DNA of 20,000 nt, from contig NC_057720.1 in the NCBI RefSeq assembly GCF_004010195.1, forward strand, positions 31,444,459 to 31,464,458, written 5' to 3'. Below are positions 10,404-20,000 of the stretch, in pieces; the stretch's first letter is position 1, and each line of letters starts with the position of its first letter. Below the pieces are notes generated by a model. It did no database searches. It had not been told where the DNA came from and saw nothing but the letters and a program-made list of their open reading frames with translations. The position numbers and the translations under genes were made by a program. Origin of the DNA: Chiloscyllium plagiosum (Eukaryota).

Positions 10404-11025
10404 GGTAGAATGTGGGAGACCAGCCAAAACAGCATGGGAACAGTCAAGTCTAGAGATGGTAAAGTTGTGAACAATGGTTTCAGTGGCAGGTGTAGAAATA
10501 AATGGTCTTAGTAAAAGTGCAGATATATGGTGGATAGCTCATCTCAAGGTCAAGTTTAACAACAAGGTTGCCAACAGACTGCTTTGCCTCAGACCACTGT
10601 CAGGCACAGAGGGAGGGAAAGAGAGTTGATAGCTAGGGAATGGAATTTGGAACAGGAGCTGGAAGGACAGACTTTAATCTTCCCAACATTTAATTGGAGG
10701 CACTCCCAGAACTGAATGTCAAATAGACAGATTGATAAGTCCTGAAGAAGGGCTTATGCCCAAACGTCGATTCTCCTGTTCCTTGGATGCTGCCTGACCT
10801 GCTGCGCTTTTCCAGCAACACATTTTTCAGCTCTGATCTCCAGCATCTGCAGTCCTCACTTTCTCCAGATTGATAAGTAAGCCAAAACAGATAAATTGAG
10901 GGTAGTGATTCAGAAGTACAACTGGCTGTTTGTCAGTTAATGCGAAAGCTGACACTTTGCTTTCAGATGATTTCATGTGCAGATGATAATCAGGACGTAG
11001 CCAAGAATAGACCTTGAGGAACATG
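10404..11025 (-). mobile_element. Old L2-type LINE RT remnant, interrupted by the PLE insert at 10741-10865
   Basis: Minus-strand translation gives PQGSILG (~11000-11020), a decayed SFH.YADD.QLY-like segment (~10915-10955), LQLNVGK (~10680-10700) and TETIVHNFTISRLDCSHAVLAGLP (~10413-10485; compare the L2 motif SRLDYCNSLLAGLP). Confidence 0.75.
10741..10865 (+). mobile_element. 125-bp PLE terminal-repeat insertion with degenerate minimal hammerhead and 13-bp TSD
   Basis: Starts cCTGAAGA-a-GGGC-ttat-GCCC-AAA-cgtc (the G of GAAA is missing). Flanked by perfect cagattgataagt at 10728-10740 and 10866-10878. Confidence 0.85.
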
Positions 11026-11725
11026 AGAGGTAAGAGTAGCAAGAGGAGCAAGAAGAAACAGTGATTAGGTAGATAACAATGTTCTCTCCATCATGCCAAT
11101 TCTATCAGCGTTATTGACATCCTGACTGTACAATCTTACCAGTTAGAATGCAGTATTTGCTTTCCTTAGTACAAAACAAACTAATATACAATGATGGTTA
11201 GTAGGCAGGTGCTAAATGCAATGTTGGGGCAGACCTGTGCTTTAACTTGCAATGAGATATTGAAATGTTTGCATAATTGTTCGTCATTGCATTAATATTA
11301 GATGCTGACAGGATAAAACATTGTGGGAACATTATCTTTTCACCATCTGGTTTAGTTTATGTCAGTTAGAGCAAAATATTCTCTCTTTTTGTTCCCTGCA
11401 TTTTTGAAAAACCACGATGGTGACACGTCTGGGAGTTCTAACATGCACCACACACTGGTAGAATTCAAGTCCGCACAACAATTCTAAGAATGGTGAGGCT
11501 CACCATCATGAGCACGATGTCACTGAGGTCTTATGGCAGAATGAACATAGAACATAACAGCGCAGCACAGGCCCTTCGGCCCTCGATGTTGGGCCGATCT
11601 GTCATACCAATCTGAAGCCCATCTAACCTACACTATTCCATGTATGTCCATATGCTTGTCCAATGACGACTTAAAGGTACTTAAAGTTGGCGAATCTACT
11701 ACCGTTGCAGGCAAAGCATTTCATA

Positions 11726-11950
11726 GATGGAAATGTGTTGCTGGAAAAGCGCAGCAGGTCAGGCAGCATCTAGGGAACAGGAGAATCGACGTTTCGGGCA
11801 TTAGCCCTTCTTCAGGAATGAGAAAAGAAGAAGGGCTAATGCCCGAAACGTCGATTCTCCTGTTCCCTAGATGCTGCCTGACCTGCTGCGCTTTTCCAGC
11901 AACACATTTCCATCTCTGATCTCCAGCATCTGCAGACCTCACTTTCTCCT
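11726..11950. mobile_element. 225-bp PLE-derived insertion made of head-to-head inverted terminal repeats, with 14-bp TSD
   Basis: Arms 11725-11813 and 11827-11915 are exact reverse complements (89 bp) with spacer aggaatgagaaaa. TSD caaagcatttcata lies at 11712-11725 and 11951-11964. Confidence 0.9.
11784..11820 (-). ncRNA. Minimal PLE-type (type I) hammerhead ribozyme motif
   Basis: The minus strand reads cauuc-CUGAAGA-a-GGGC-uaau-GCCC-GAAA-CGUC-gauu. It has the CUGANGA and GAAA core, a 4-bp stem II, a loopless palindromic ACGU helix III and a GUC site (predicted cut between 11788 and 11787). Stem I is very short. Confidence 0.7.
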
Positions 11951-12114
11951 CAAAGCATTTCATACCCTTACTACTCTCTGAGTAAAGAAACTACCTCTGC
12001 CATCTGTCCTATATCTATCACCCCTCAATTTAAAGCTATGCCTCCTCATGCCCGCTGTCACCATACTTGGAAAAAGGCTTTCCCTGTTTGGATCTCTGCC
12101 TCTGTGTCAGAAAT

Positions 12115-14623
12115 GAGAGCAGTTGTGATATTGATAAGGGAGAATATTACAGCTGTATTGAGGAAGGATGCCTTGGAGGGCTCATCCAGTGAGGACATAT
12201 GAATAGAGCTCAGGAATAGAAAGAGTGCAGTCAGTTTAATAGGATTGTACTACAGGTCTCCCAACAGTCAGTGACTGATAGAGGAAGAGATAAGTGGAAC
12301 GATTGTGGAAAAATATAAAATAATTGTTGTGGTCAGTGATTTTAATTTCCCCTTATTGACTGGGACTCACTTAGAGTCATAGAGATGTTCGGCATAGAAA
12401 CAGACCCTTCGGTCCAACCCATACATGCCGACCAGATATCCCAACCAAATCTAGTCCCACCTGCCAGCACCCGGCCCATATCCCTCCAAACCCTTCCTAT
12501 TCATATACCCATCCAAATGCCTCTTCAATGGACTTGGATGGGAGAGGGGCAGACATTGGTATGTGTGTCCAGGACAGTTTTTTGAAATAATATATAAACA
12601 GTCCAACTAAGGAAAGACTCATACCAACCTGGTTTTGCAGAATAAGCCCAGCCAGGTGATTGAAGTTTCAGTGGGGGAGCATTTTGGAAACAGTTACCAT
12701 ATTCTGTAAGTTTTAAGTTACTTATGGATAAGGATAAGAGTTGTCCTCAGGTGAAAGTACTAAACTGGAGGAAGCTAAACTGCCACAATATCAGGCAGGA
12801 ACTGGGGAATGTAGACGAAGGGTGACTGTTTGAGGGTAAATCCACATCTGGCATGTGGGAATTTTTTAAAGGCTAGTTGATCAGAACCAACATGTTCCTG
12901 TGAAAATGAAGGATAAAGATGGCAAGACTCAGAAACTTTTGATGACAAGAGAAATTGAGAGCTTGGTCCAAAAGAAAAAGGAAGCATATGTAGGTTTAGG
13001 AAACTGAAGACAAAGTCCTCAAAGATACAAGGAAAGCAGGATAGAACACAAAAAGGGAATTCGAAGGGGTAAAAAGAGGCCATGAAATGTCTTCGACATA
13101 AAAGGATGAAGGAAAATCCCAAGGTGTTTAATATAGATAAAAGGAGTAAGAGGGTAGCTAGACTAAGTCCGCTCAAGGACAAAGGAGGGAATTTATGTGT
13201 GAAGTCGGAGGAAGTGCGTTAGGTCCTCAATGATTACTTTGCATTGGTATTCACAAAAGAGAAGGACATGATGGATGGTGAGTCTCAGATGAGGTATTAA
13301 GCCAGACAGATTCTCAGGACCAGATGGGATCTACTCCAGCATACTGACAGAGAGAGGTGAGGAACTTGATGGAGCCTTGTACGAAATAATTGTATCCTCT
13401 ATAGTCACAGGAAAGATACCAGAGGACTGAAGAGTAGTCAGCATTGTTCCTTTCTTTAGGAAGAGCAACCGGGATAATCCAGGAAATTACAAACTGGTGA
13501 GCCTTATGTCAATATAAGCAAAACTATTGGAGGAGATTCTTAGGAATAGAATTTACTCACATTTGGAAAAGATATGGACTTAGTAGTGATAGACAGCATT
13601 GTGCAGGGATGGTCATGTCTCACAAACTTAATTGAGTTTTTTGAAAGTGACAAAGATGGTTAATGAGGACTGGATGGTAGATGTTGTCTATGTGGACTTT
13701 AGCAAGTTCTTTAACAAGGTCCCTCATGATAGGCTGACACAAAAGGTAAAGTCACATGGGATCCACAGTGAGGATACAGTAGGATATGGATAGGCTGGAG
13801 GCTTGGGCAGAGAAATGGCAGATTAAATTTAATCTGAACAAATATATGAGGTGATGCATTTTGGAATATTTAATGCAGGAGGGACGTATACAGTAAAAGG
13901 CGGAATCCTTAGTAGCATCAACATACTCAGGGATCTGGACAAACAGGTCCATAGTTCCCTGAAAATGGCAATACAAATGGATAAGAAAACTTATGGCATG
14001 CTTACCTTCTTTGTTCAGGGCATAGAGTATAAAAATTTGCAAGTCATATTACAGCTGTACAGAATTTTATTTAGGCCACATTTGGAATATTGTGTGCACG
14101 TCTAGTCACCACACGACCAGAAGGATGTGCAGGCTTTGGACAAAATACAGAAACAGTTCACCAGAATGATGCCTGGTTTGGAGGGTGTTGCTATGGGGAG
14201 AGATTGGACAGACTTGGTTTATTTCACTTGAATTTTGAAAATGAGGGGCAACCTGATAAAAGTTTACAAAATTATGAGTGACATAGATAGAATGGATAGT
14301 CAGAATCCTTTTCCTAGGGTAGAAATGTCAATTACTAGGGGATATTTGTTTAATGTAAAATTGGATAAGTTAAAAGGAGATGTGAGAGGCAAATCTTTTT
14401 AGGGGGTGTTAATTGTCTGGAATGTGCTGCTAGAGGAGGTGGTGGAGGTTGATACAATAGCAGTATTTAAGAGGCATCTTGACAGATATATGAATATGCA
14501 GGGAATAGAGGGATATAGACTGAGTAGAGGCAAAAAAGCTTTTAGTTTAGAAAGGCATCATGTGTCACTGCAGTCTTGGTGGGCCGAAGGGCCTGTTCCT
14601 GTGCTGTACTGTTCTGTGTTCTT
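12115..14623 (+). mobile_element. Decayed CR1 ORF2 (EN to 3' end) with internal deletions, interrupted at 12373-12527
   Basis: IELRNRK..LIGLYYRSPNS, DFNFP, ggaccagatgggatctac (GPDGIY), DVVYVDFSKFFNKVPH and FRPHLEYC; 3' end gggccgaagggcc...tgttctgtgttct. The PQGS/FADD block is missing at ~13770. Confidence 0.88.
12373..12527 (-). mobile_element. Short CR1 3'-end insertion, same subfamily as 5398-6682
   Basis: Near-identical to 5406-5550 (ggtccaacccat..atgccgacca..atatcccaacc...cacccggcccatatccctccaaacccttcctattcatatacccatccaaatgcctctt); tail agagtcatagag. Confidence 0.9.
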
Positions 14624-14879
14624 TCAAGTGGAGTCCCATTCTATAATTTGATCATCACGGAAGATGTATTCAGAATCAGCCAAACAGATTGATTAACAAT
14701 CTGCAATTCTTCCAATGCACGTTAATGGCAAGTGCTAAGAGTGGGAGAGATTCAGGAAGCCATATGTGTTGGAATGAAAATTGGAACATCTATCATCACT
14801 ATCCCTAGTTCCAGACTCCAATATGCATGTGAAAGTGCATTTTGCCACAGCAAATCAGAATCTCAGACTTCCTGTCTCT

Positions 14880-15410
14880 CCAATGTCTGTCAAATGTATT
14901 ATGGAATAACCTTCAATGGTTTAGGTGAGTGCAGCTCCAAGAACAGTCAAAAAGCTGAACATCATCCAGTATAAAGCAGCCTTCTTGATTGACCCCCATC
15001 AGCCACCTTCCACATTCAATCCCTTCACCACCTATGCACAGTGGCAGCAGTGTGAGCCATCAGAAGATGCCCTTTACCAACTCGCCAAAGCTTTTCTGTC
15101 AGCGCTTTCCAAACCGGCAACTTCTATCACCTCGAGTGACAAAGACAACAAATACTTGAGAATATCGCCACGTGCAAGTTCCCATTCAAACCACATGTAA
15201 TTTTAATTTGGAACTGTATCACTGTTCCTTCGAGGTCGCTATGTCAAAATCCTGGAAATCCCTTCCAACAGTACTGTAGATGCCCCAACTCCCTAAGGAC
15301 TGCAGCAATTCAAGTAGGCAGCTCATCACGTTTTCTCCAACGTAATTGGGATAGGCAATATATTCTGGCACAGCCTGCAACACACACATTCCCTCAACAA
15401 ATAAAAAAAA
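14880..15410 (+). mobile_element. 3' fragment of another CR1/L2-group LINE family, ending in an A-rich tail
   Basis: SAAPRTVKKLNIIQYKAAFLI (RT C-terminal-like) and aaaatcctggaaatcccttcc; ends caacaaataaaaaaaa. Homologous to 19366-19636 on the opposite strand. Confidence 0.75.
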
Positions 15411-15603
15411 GGTTACAAAACCTATTTCCTTCCTGCAGTCAGAGAAGCCTTTGAGATAAATATGTTGGGTTTTTATATCCTTCTAGTTCAGTGAGAACTA
15501 CGTTTCCACGAATTGACAGCATCCTTTAACCACAGAAAGCAAAAGAAAACTCGGAATCCAGTAAAATGTCAACTGACAGAGAAGAAGTTGTAGTCGAACA
15601 TTA

Positions 15604-15685
15604 TGGCATTGTATCAAAGGCCTTTTGGAAGTCAATGTGCATCACATCAACAATAATTAACCTCTTCAGCCCTCTCAAACAGGTT
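15604..15685 (-). mobile_element. Tiny CR1 RT remnant
   Basis: The minus strand reads VDVMHIDFQKAFDTMP; matches 1639-1659 (tatcaaaggccttttggaagtc). Confidence 0.65.
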
Positions 15686-16281
15686 TACCCCATTTTGGCT
15701 ACTTAGAATATAAACTTGAACGATGCGAAGTTTTAGTAGCACACGGGAACTACAATCATTCCCAAAACCAGAATAATTCAATCATTATAACTTTGAACAT
15801 TGTCTGCCACAAAAGTCAGAAAAAGTTGCAAAAATACTGATTGTAGAGTTTGCCATTCATTAGATATATTCATACTAACATTGATGAGGAGCAGCATTCA
15901 GGTGCCTACAATCTTGATAGAAGGTTCCTTTAGTGACCTGGTCCTTTACTATAATGCATGCACATGCCAAATTTCTTTCTCAGAAACAGATTCTTCCACC
16001 CTTTAAACTGATGAAGTCTTCTGATGTCCTGTACACCCTGACAAAGTGCTTCATTTTCAACATGAGTTACACTTTCTCTCTCTGAATGAGGCATGATGAT
16101 TTGAATCAAGATCGACCTCCTCAATTTGGGGATATTTTTGAGGAGATCTGACCATGATAGACATGTGTTAAAAAAAACCCGCTGAGGTCTCTTTGTTCTC
16201 TAATGTTGCACTTAAGCTGGACGGAACAAGCTCTGTCTGCAACTCTGTGCGTGACTGTGTAACAAAATAGTACTTTCCTAA

Positions 16282-16410
16282 AATCATAGAATCCTGACAG
16301 TGTGAGGGGTCCATTTAGCCCATCAAGTCCAGATTGACCCTCTGAAGAGCATCCATCCAGACCCAGGCCCCTACTATATCCTCATAATCCTGTGATTACC
16401 CTGGTTACCC
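16282..16410 (-). mobile_element. 3' fragment of a SINE or CR1 sharing the CR1-type tail
   Basis: Tail aatcatagaatc followed by a decayed stem-loop ggtccatttagccc and gaccctctgaagagcatccatccagaccc. No tRNA-like head is visible. Confidence 0.55.
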
Positions 16411-17347
16411 TGTGAACAGGAGCTTAATTGTAACTCATTTAAAATGCTTCCTGCCTTATGCTTACAACTTGCTTTCAGTACCTTTGTACAGCGCCCACGA
16501 ACACATACACTCAAACACTGAACAACTGAACACAACAGCAGAAGATTGTGAAGATGCAGAGCGGGGTACAAGATTGATTGCTTGATTAAAACCTTTTAGC
16601 TACCCTAATAGTTTTGAAGAGAGTAATTGACTTTAGGACTGATTTGTTCCAGGTGTACAAAATACTGACATTAAGAAGATTACATGAACAAAGGATTTCA
16701 ATTGAGTAGTTTAGAGAGAACATGGGGCCATTTTCACAAATTCCATCAGATCAGAGTTAGGACACATGACAGTTCTTCCTATCCCAAAAAAATAGTAGGC
16801 CTGTGAAGCAGGACAGTTGCTTGTACACTGAAAAATGCTGATATTCTGCAGATTATGGTTCAGATGAAGATCACATCTTGTGACCTCTGATACCTATCCA
16901 AGGCATCACAATCCCCTTTTTTTGTATTTCATTGTTCAGTGTTTGATTGTGTGTGTCTGTGGACTGCTTCCTCTGATGTGTGTCATGTGCCTGTGGGTGT
17001 TGTAACAAAGGAATTGAAAGCAAGCTGCAAGTATGCAGTAGCAGATATTTTAAAAGTATTATAATTAAGCTCGTGTCACACAAAGAACCTGGAAAGGGAT
17101 GGATACTCTATAATAGGAATAATACTCCATGTGAAGGTCAGGATCAATGGGATTTCTTGAAATAGGCTAGACTAGAGAAGAATATTTCAGATGTTTTTTA
17201 CACTACCTGGTCTTGATGTTTTTTTAACTCTCCCATATTATTACCTAGTTCTGTGTGAATAGGCTGTGTATTTGTTGTGATGATACTTTATGGAACAGGC
17301 TAGTTGGACCTGTGACCTTTTCCTATGTATGAGCAGAATTCTTATAT

Positions 17348-17516
17348 AAAAACTGAAAGAACTGGGATGCTGTAAATCAGAGACAAAAACAAATTGCTGG
17401 AGTAGCTCAGCAGGTCTGGCCAGCAGCTGTGCAGAGAAATCAGAGTTAACGTTTCAGGTTGACTGATTCTTTCTCAGCACTCGTTCTGAGGAAGGGTCAC
17501 TTGACTCAAAGAGTTA
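17348..17516. mobile_element. Decayed PLE-like terminal repeat (minus-strand body) with a second inverted hammerhead-like head
   Basis: Body gctggagtagctcagcaggtctggccagcagctgtg; minus head gCTGAGAAagaatcagtcaacctGAAAcgttaac; plus head gttCTGAGGAagggtcacttgactcAAA. Possible decayed 13-bp TSD gcagaattcttat (17333-17345) / gcatgtttcttat (17519-17531). Confidence 0.65.
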
Positions 17517-18182
17517 TTGCATGTTTCTTATGGCATAAAGCAGCAATTCCTAGATGCAGTGGAGATGAGCAAAGAATCAAAGAAGCTTGAATTATGTTGA
17601 AGCTCTGCTGTAATTTCAAATGGAAAATCTAATGAAATAATTGTTTATAATTCCTGATGGGAAATTTGAATGGATGCTGGAAACCCTCTATTGGTGGAAG
17701 CATAAGACTGCAAGAAGATATGCAAAAATTGAATGCATACAGATGCATACAAGTTCTTATAGCCATATTAGAAAGGCAAAATTATCCTCTGTCTGCACTC
17801 AGGGTAAAGAAAAACAGGTGACAAAGAGGCTATTGAATAAAAGAGAAAAGAACTGTACAGCATGACTCAATGGGCAGTCCACAGGCCAGACCAGCAATCC
17901 ATGTTTATCAAATGCTGAGTTGCAATGTGTATACCTTGAAATAGTTGAGAAGAGGTAGTCCTGCTTGATATCATAAGCATAGGTCAGTGCTAGAGTATGT
18001 TTGCAAAGAGGTACGGGCTAATGGAAAATTGCAGCTGGGCAGTGCCATTACTGGCTGTGCCCAATCATATTCCATATATTAGCAAAAACTGATGACACCA
18101 TCCTATATCCATCTTGCAGCTGACCAGATCACGGATAAAGCAGTTTCTCAGGTTCAGTATGGCAATGCCTGCATGTTTGGAG

Positions 18183-18453
18183 AGGTGAGAGGAAAAAGAT
18201 TTAAAAGAGATCTAAGGGGCAACTTTATTTTGCAGAAGGTGGTGCGTGTGTGGAATCAGCTACCAGACGAAGTAAAGGAGGTTGATACAACTACAACATT
18301 TAAAAGGCATTTGGATGGGTACATGAATAGAAAGGGTTTCGAGGGATATGGGTCAAAAGCTGGCAAATGTGACTGGATAAATTTAGGATATTTGGCATGG
18401 ACGAGTTGGATCAAAGGGACTGTTTTAGTGTTGTATAATTCTGAAAGTCTGTA
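18183..18453 (+). mobile_element. CR1 3' fragment
   Basis: VRGKRFKRDLRGNFILQKVVRVWNQLP...FKRHLDGYMNRKGFEGYG plus a 3' UTR similar to 9055-9330. Confidence 0.88.
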
Positions 18454-19365
18454 ATTTGATGGATGCGGCTCAGAAATACTGCCTCATGAAGCACCTTGGA
18501 CAGCTGTGGAAAGGTGCCAAAAAGCAGCTCCAGAAGCAATAGCAATTTTTTTCATTTTTTGAGATGTCAAAAAAAGATAAACAACTGGTAAGTGTATGGC
18601 AAATAGTAAACGGTTGAGAAGGTTCACCCTAATTTTACTGCACCAGTTCTAGCCTTCTAGCAATTTTGAATGTCCATATTAAAGCAGTATTTATTTAGAG
18701 AGCTCAGAGAAAACAACAATGGGAAAAAAATCCTCCTTGTTTGGTGTTTTGATACCTCTTCCATACAGCAGGCAGTATTTTAGTGGACGATACTAGTTAC
18801 CAATTCTGCAGGAAAAGGACGTTTATCATGGCAGACATAGTTTTATTCATCCTTGGTTCATTTTCTCTGTCCAGATAATGCAACAGTACAAGAAGCAATG
18901 ATCATCAAAACCTTGTGTATATGATCTTTAGATATTTACAGTAGGCATCTTCTGCCACCCTATGGCCATCTCTTGATATTACATGTACTATGCCAATTAA
19001 ATTAATGGAGTTGAGAAAAATAAAAATTTCAAGCTTAAAATATTCCTTTACCTAATGCAATCTTCTTTTTAATCTTCTACTTACAGAAGTGATATTAATT
19101 TTGATTTTCCAAACTCAAGTCTGCTGCTAGACAAATAAATGGAAGAAAGGAAAACGGAAAGAACTGTAGGCAGGCTAATTCTCCACAATTTGCAGTAGGC
19201 AGTTGGTGTTTTGATTCAAAGTTCACTTCACAGTTATTTGTAGAAATTGTCAGATATTTAGTTTTTCTGCAGTTCTACAATTGAGAGATCGAGAAGCCCA
19301 AGCGCCAGAAACTCAGTTCAATGACTGTTGAAGAGGAGGTGGTACGGCATGAAGTACCGAGACTG

Positions 19366-19636
19366 TTTTTTTTTTATTCATTCATTGATAGTGGATTTCA
19401 CTAGCTGGGCCAGAATCTATTTCTCATCATAAATTATCCTTTAGAAGGTGGGCTTCAGCCTTTTTACACCACTAAAGTCCTTTGGTATACCCACAATGCT
19501 ATAAGGAAGGTAAGTCCAGGACTTCGATCCAGTGACAGTAAAGGAAAGGGGATACAGTTCCAAGTCTGGATCATGTATGGGTTGTAAGGAACTCACAGGT
19601 AGCAAAGTTTCCATGTACCTGCTGTGTTTGCCCTTC
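19366..19636 (-). mobile_element. 3' fragment of the same LINE family as 14880-15410
   Basis: Tail tttttttttt-attcattcat; minus peptide DLELYPLSFTVTGSKSWTYLP, which parallels ttggaactgtatcactgttccttc...tcaaaatcctgg at 15208-15256. Confidence 0.75.
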
Positions 19637-19654
19637 AATATGGTAATTTCATAT

Positions 19655-20000
19655 AGACGTTATAAAAAATCTTAAAGTAAGGGAACACTTAGGAAGCAGC
19701 AATCGTAATATGGTAGAGTTCAGTCTGCACTTTGAAAGAGAGAAGGCAAAATCAGTTGCAATGGTGTTACAGTTAAATAAAGATAATTATGAGGGCATGA
19801 GAGAGGAACTGACGAAAATAGACTGGAAGCAGAGCCTAGCGGGGAAGACAGTAGAGCAAAAATGGCAGGAGTTTGTGGGTATAATTGAGGACACTGTACA
19901 GAGTTCATCCCCAAGAAAAGAAAGATTATCCGGGGAGGGATTAGACAGCCATGGCTGACAAAGGAAGTCAGGAAATGTATTAAAGAAAAAGAGAGATCCT
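19655..20000 (+). mobile_element. 5'-truncated CR1 ORF2 copy of the same subfamily as 484-5142, running off the window end
   Basis: MVEFSLHFEREKAKS..VLQLNK..GMREEL.KI.WKQSL.GKTVEQ aligns nearly without gaps to the reverse complement of ~2445-2790. Confidence 0.92.

Larger units (their letters stand above)
11543..12087 (-). mobile_element. CR1 3' fragment (distinct subfamily), interrupted by the PLE insert at 11726-11950
   Basis: Tail gaacatagaacataac and stem-loop ggcccttcggcc. The minus strand reads FFTQRVVRV*NALPATVVDSPTL once the insert is removed. Confidence 0.85.

Noticed and set aside
11490..11506. Palindrome atggtgag-g-ctcaccat
   Set aside because: 8-bp arms are expected by chance in 20 kb, and there is no supporting context.
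11644..11963. Two opposite-strand ORFs encoding identical peptide blocks
   Set aside because: An artefact of the perfect inverted repeat; there is no evidence of protein coding.
12775..13182. 135-aa hydrophobic minus-strand ORF resembling a membrane protein
   Set aside because: It is the antisense shadow of the A/G-rich CR1 ORF2 linker. The same applies to the other antisense ORFs over LINEs.
16630..16810. Possible very old CR1 3' remnant (DLFQVYKIL-like)
   Set aside because: Only one short motif is recognisable, so boundaries cannot be supported.
19261..19345. Candidate exon after the acceptor-like tttttctgcag
   Set aside because: All three frames from this acceptor hit a stop before the weak donor-like gtacgg.

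Overview
Eukaryotic, repeat-dominated, non-genic DNA. The LINE families and tail motifs suggest a vertebrate, most likely a cartilaginous fish (inference). No intact host gene, RNA gene or CRISPR array is supported. Most of the window is nested, decayed CR1-clade LINEs on both strands. It also holds an L2-type RT remnant, two 3' fragments of another LINE family, a decayed PIF/Harbinger-like transposase fragment, and five short Penelope-like (PLE) terminal-repeat insertions, most with minimal hammerhead-ribozyme motifs. The main element is a near full-length CR1 at 484-5142 (minus strand) with ORF1 (zinc finger/leucine zipper plus SGNH esterase) and ORF2 (APE endonuclease plus RT). It has three notable properties: an apparently inverted 5' UTR with a twin-priming-like junction, five 49-bp tandem monomers in that UTR, and an in-frame U_UUA_AAC slippery heptamer at the ORF1/ORF2 overlap. 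Also notable are the PLE mini-insertions with clean 13-14 bp target-site duplications, one of which contains a perfect 89-bp inverted repeat.
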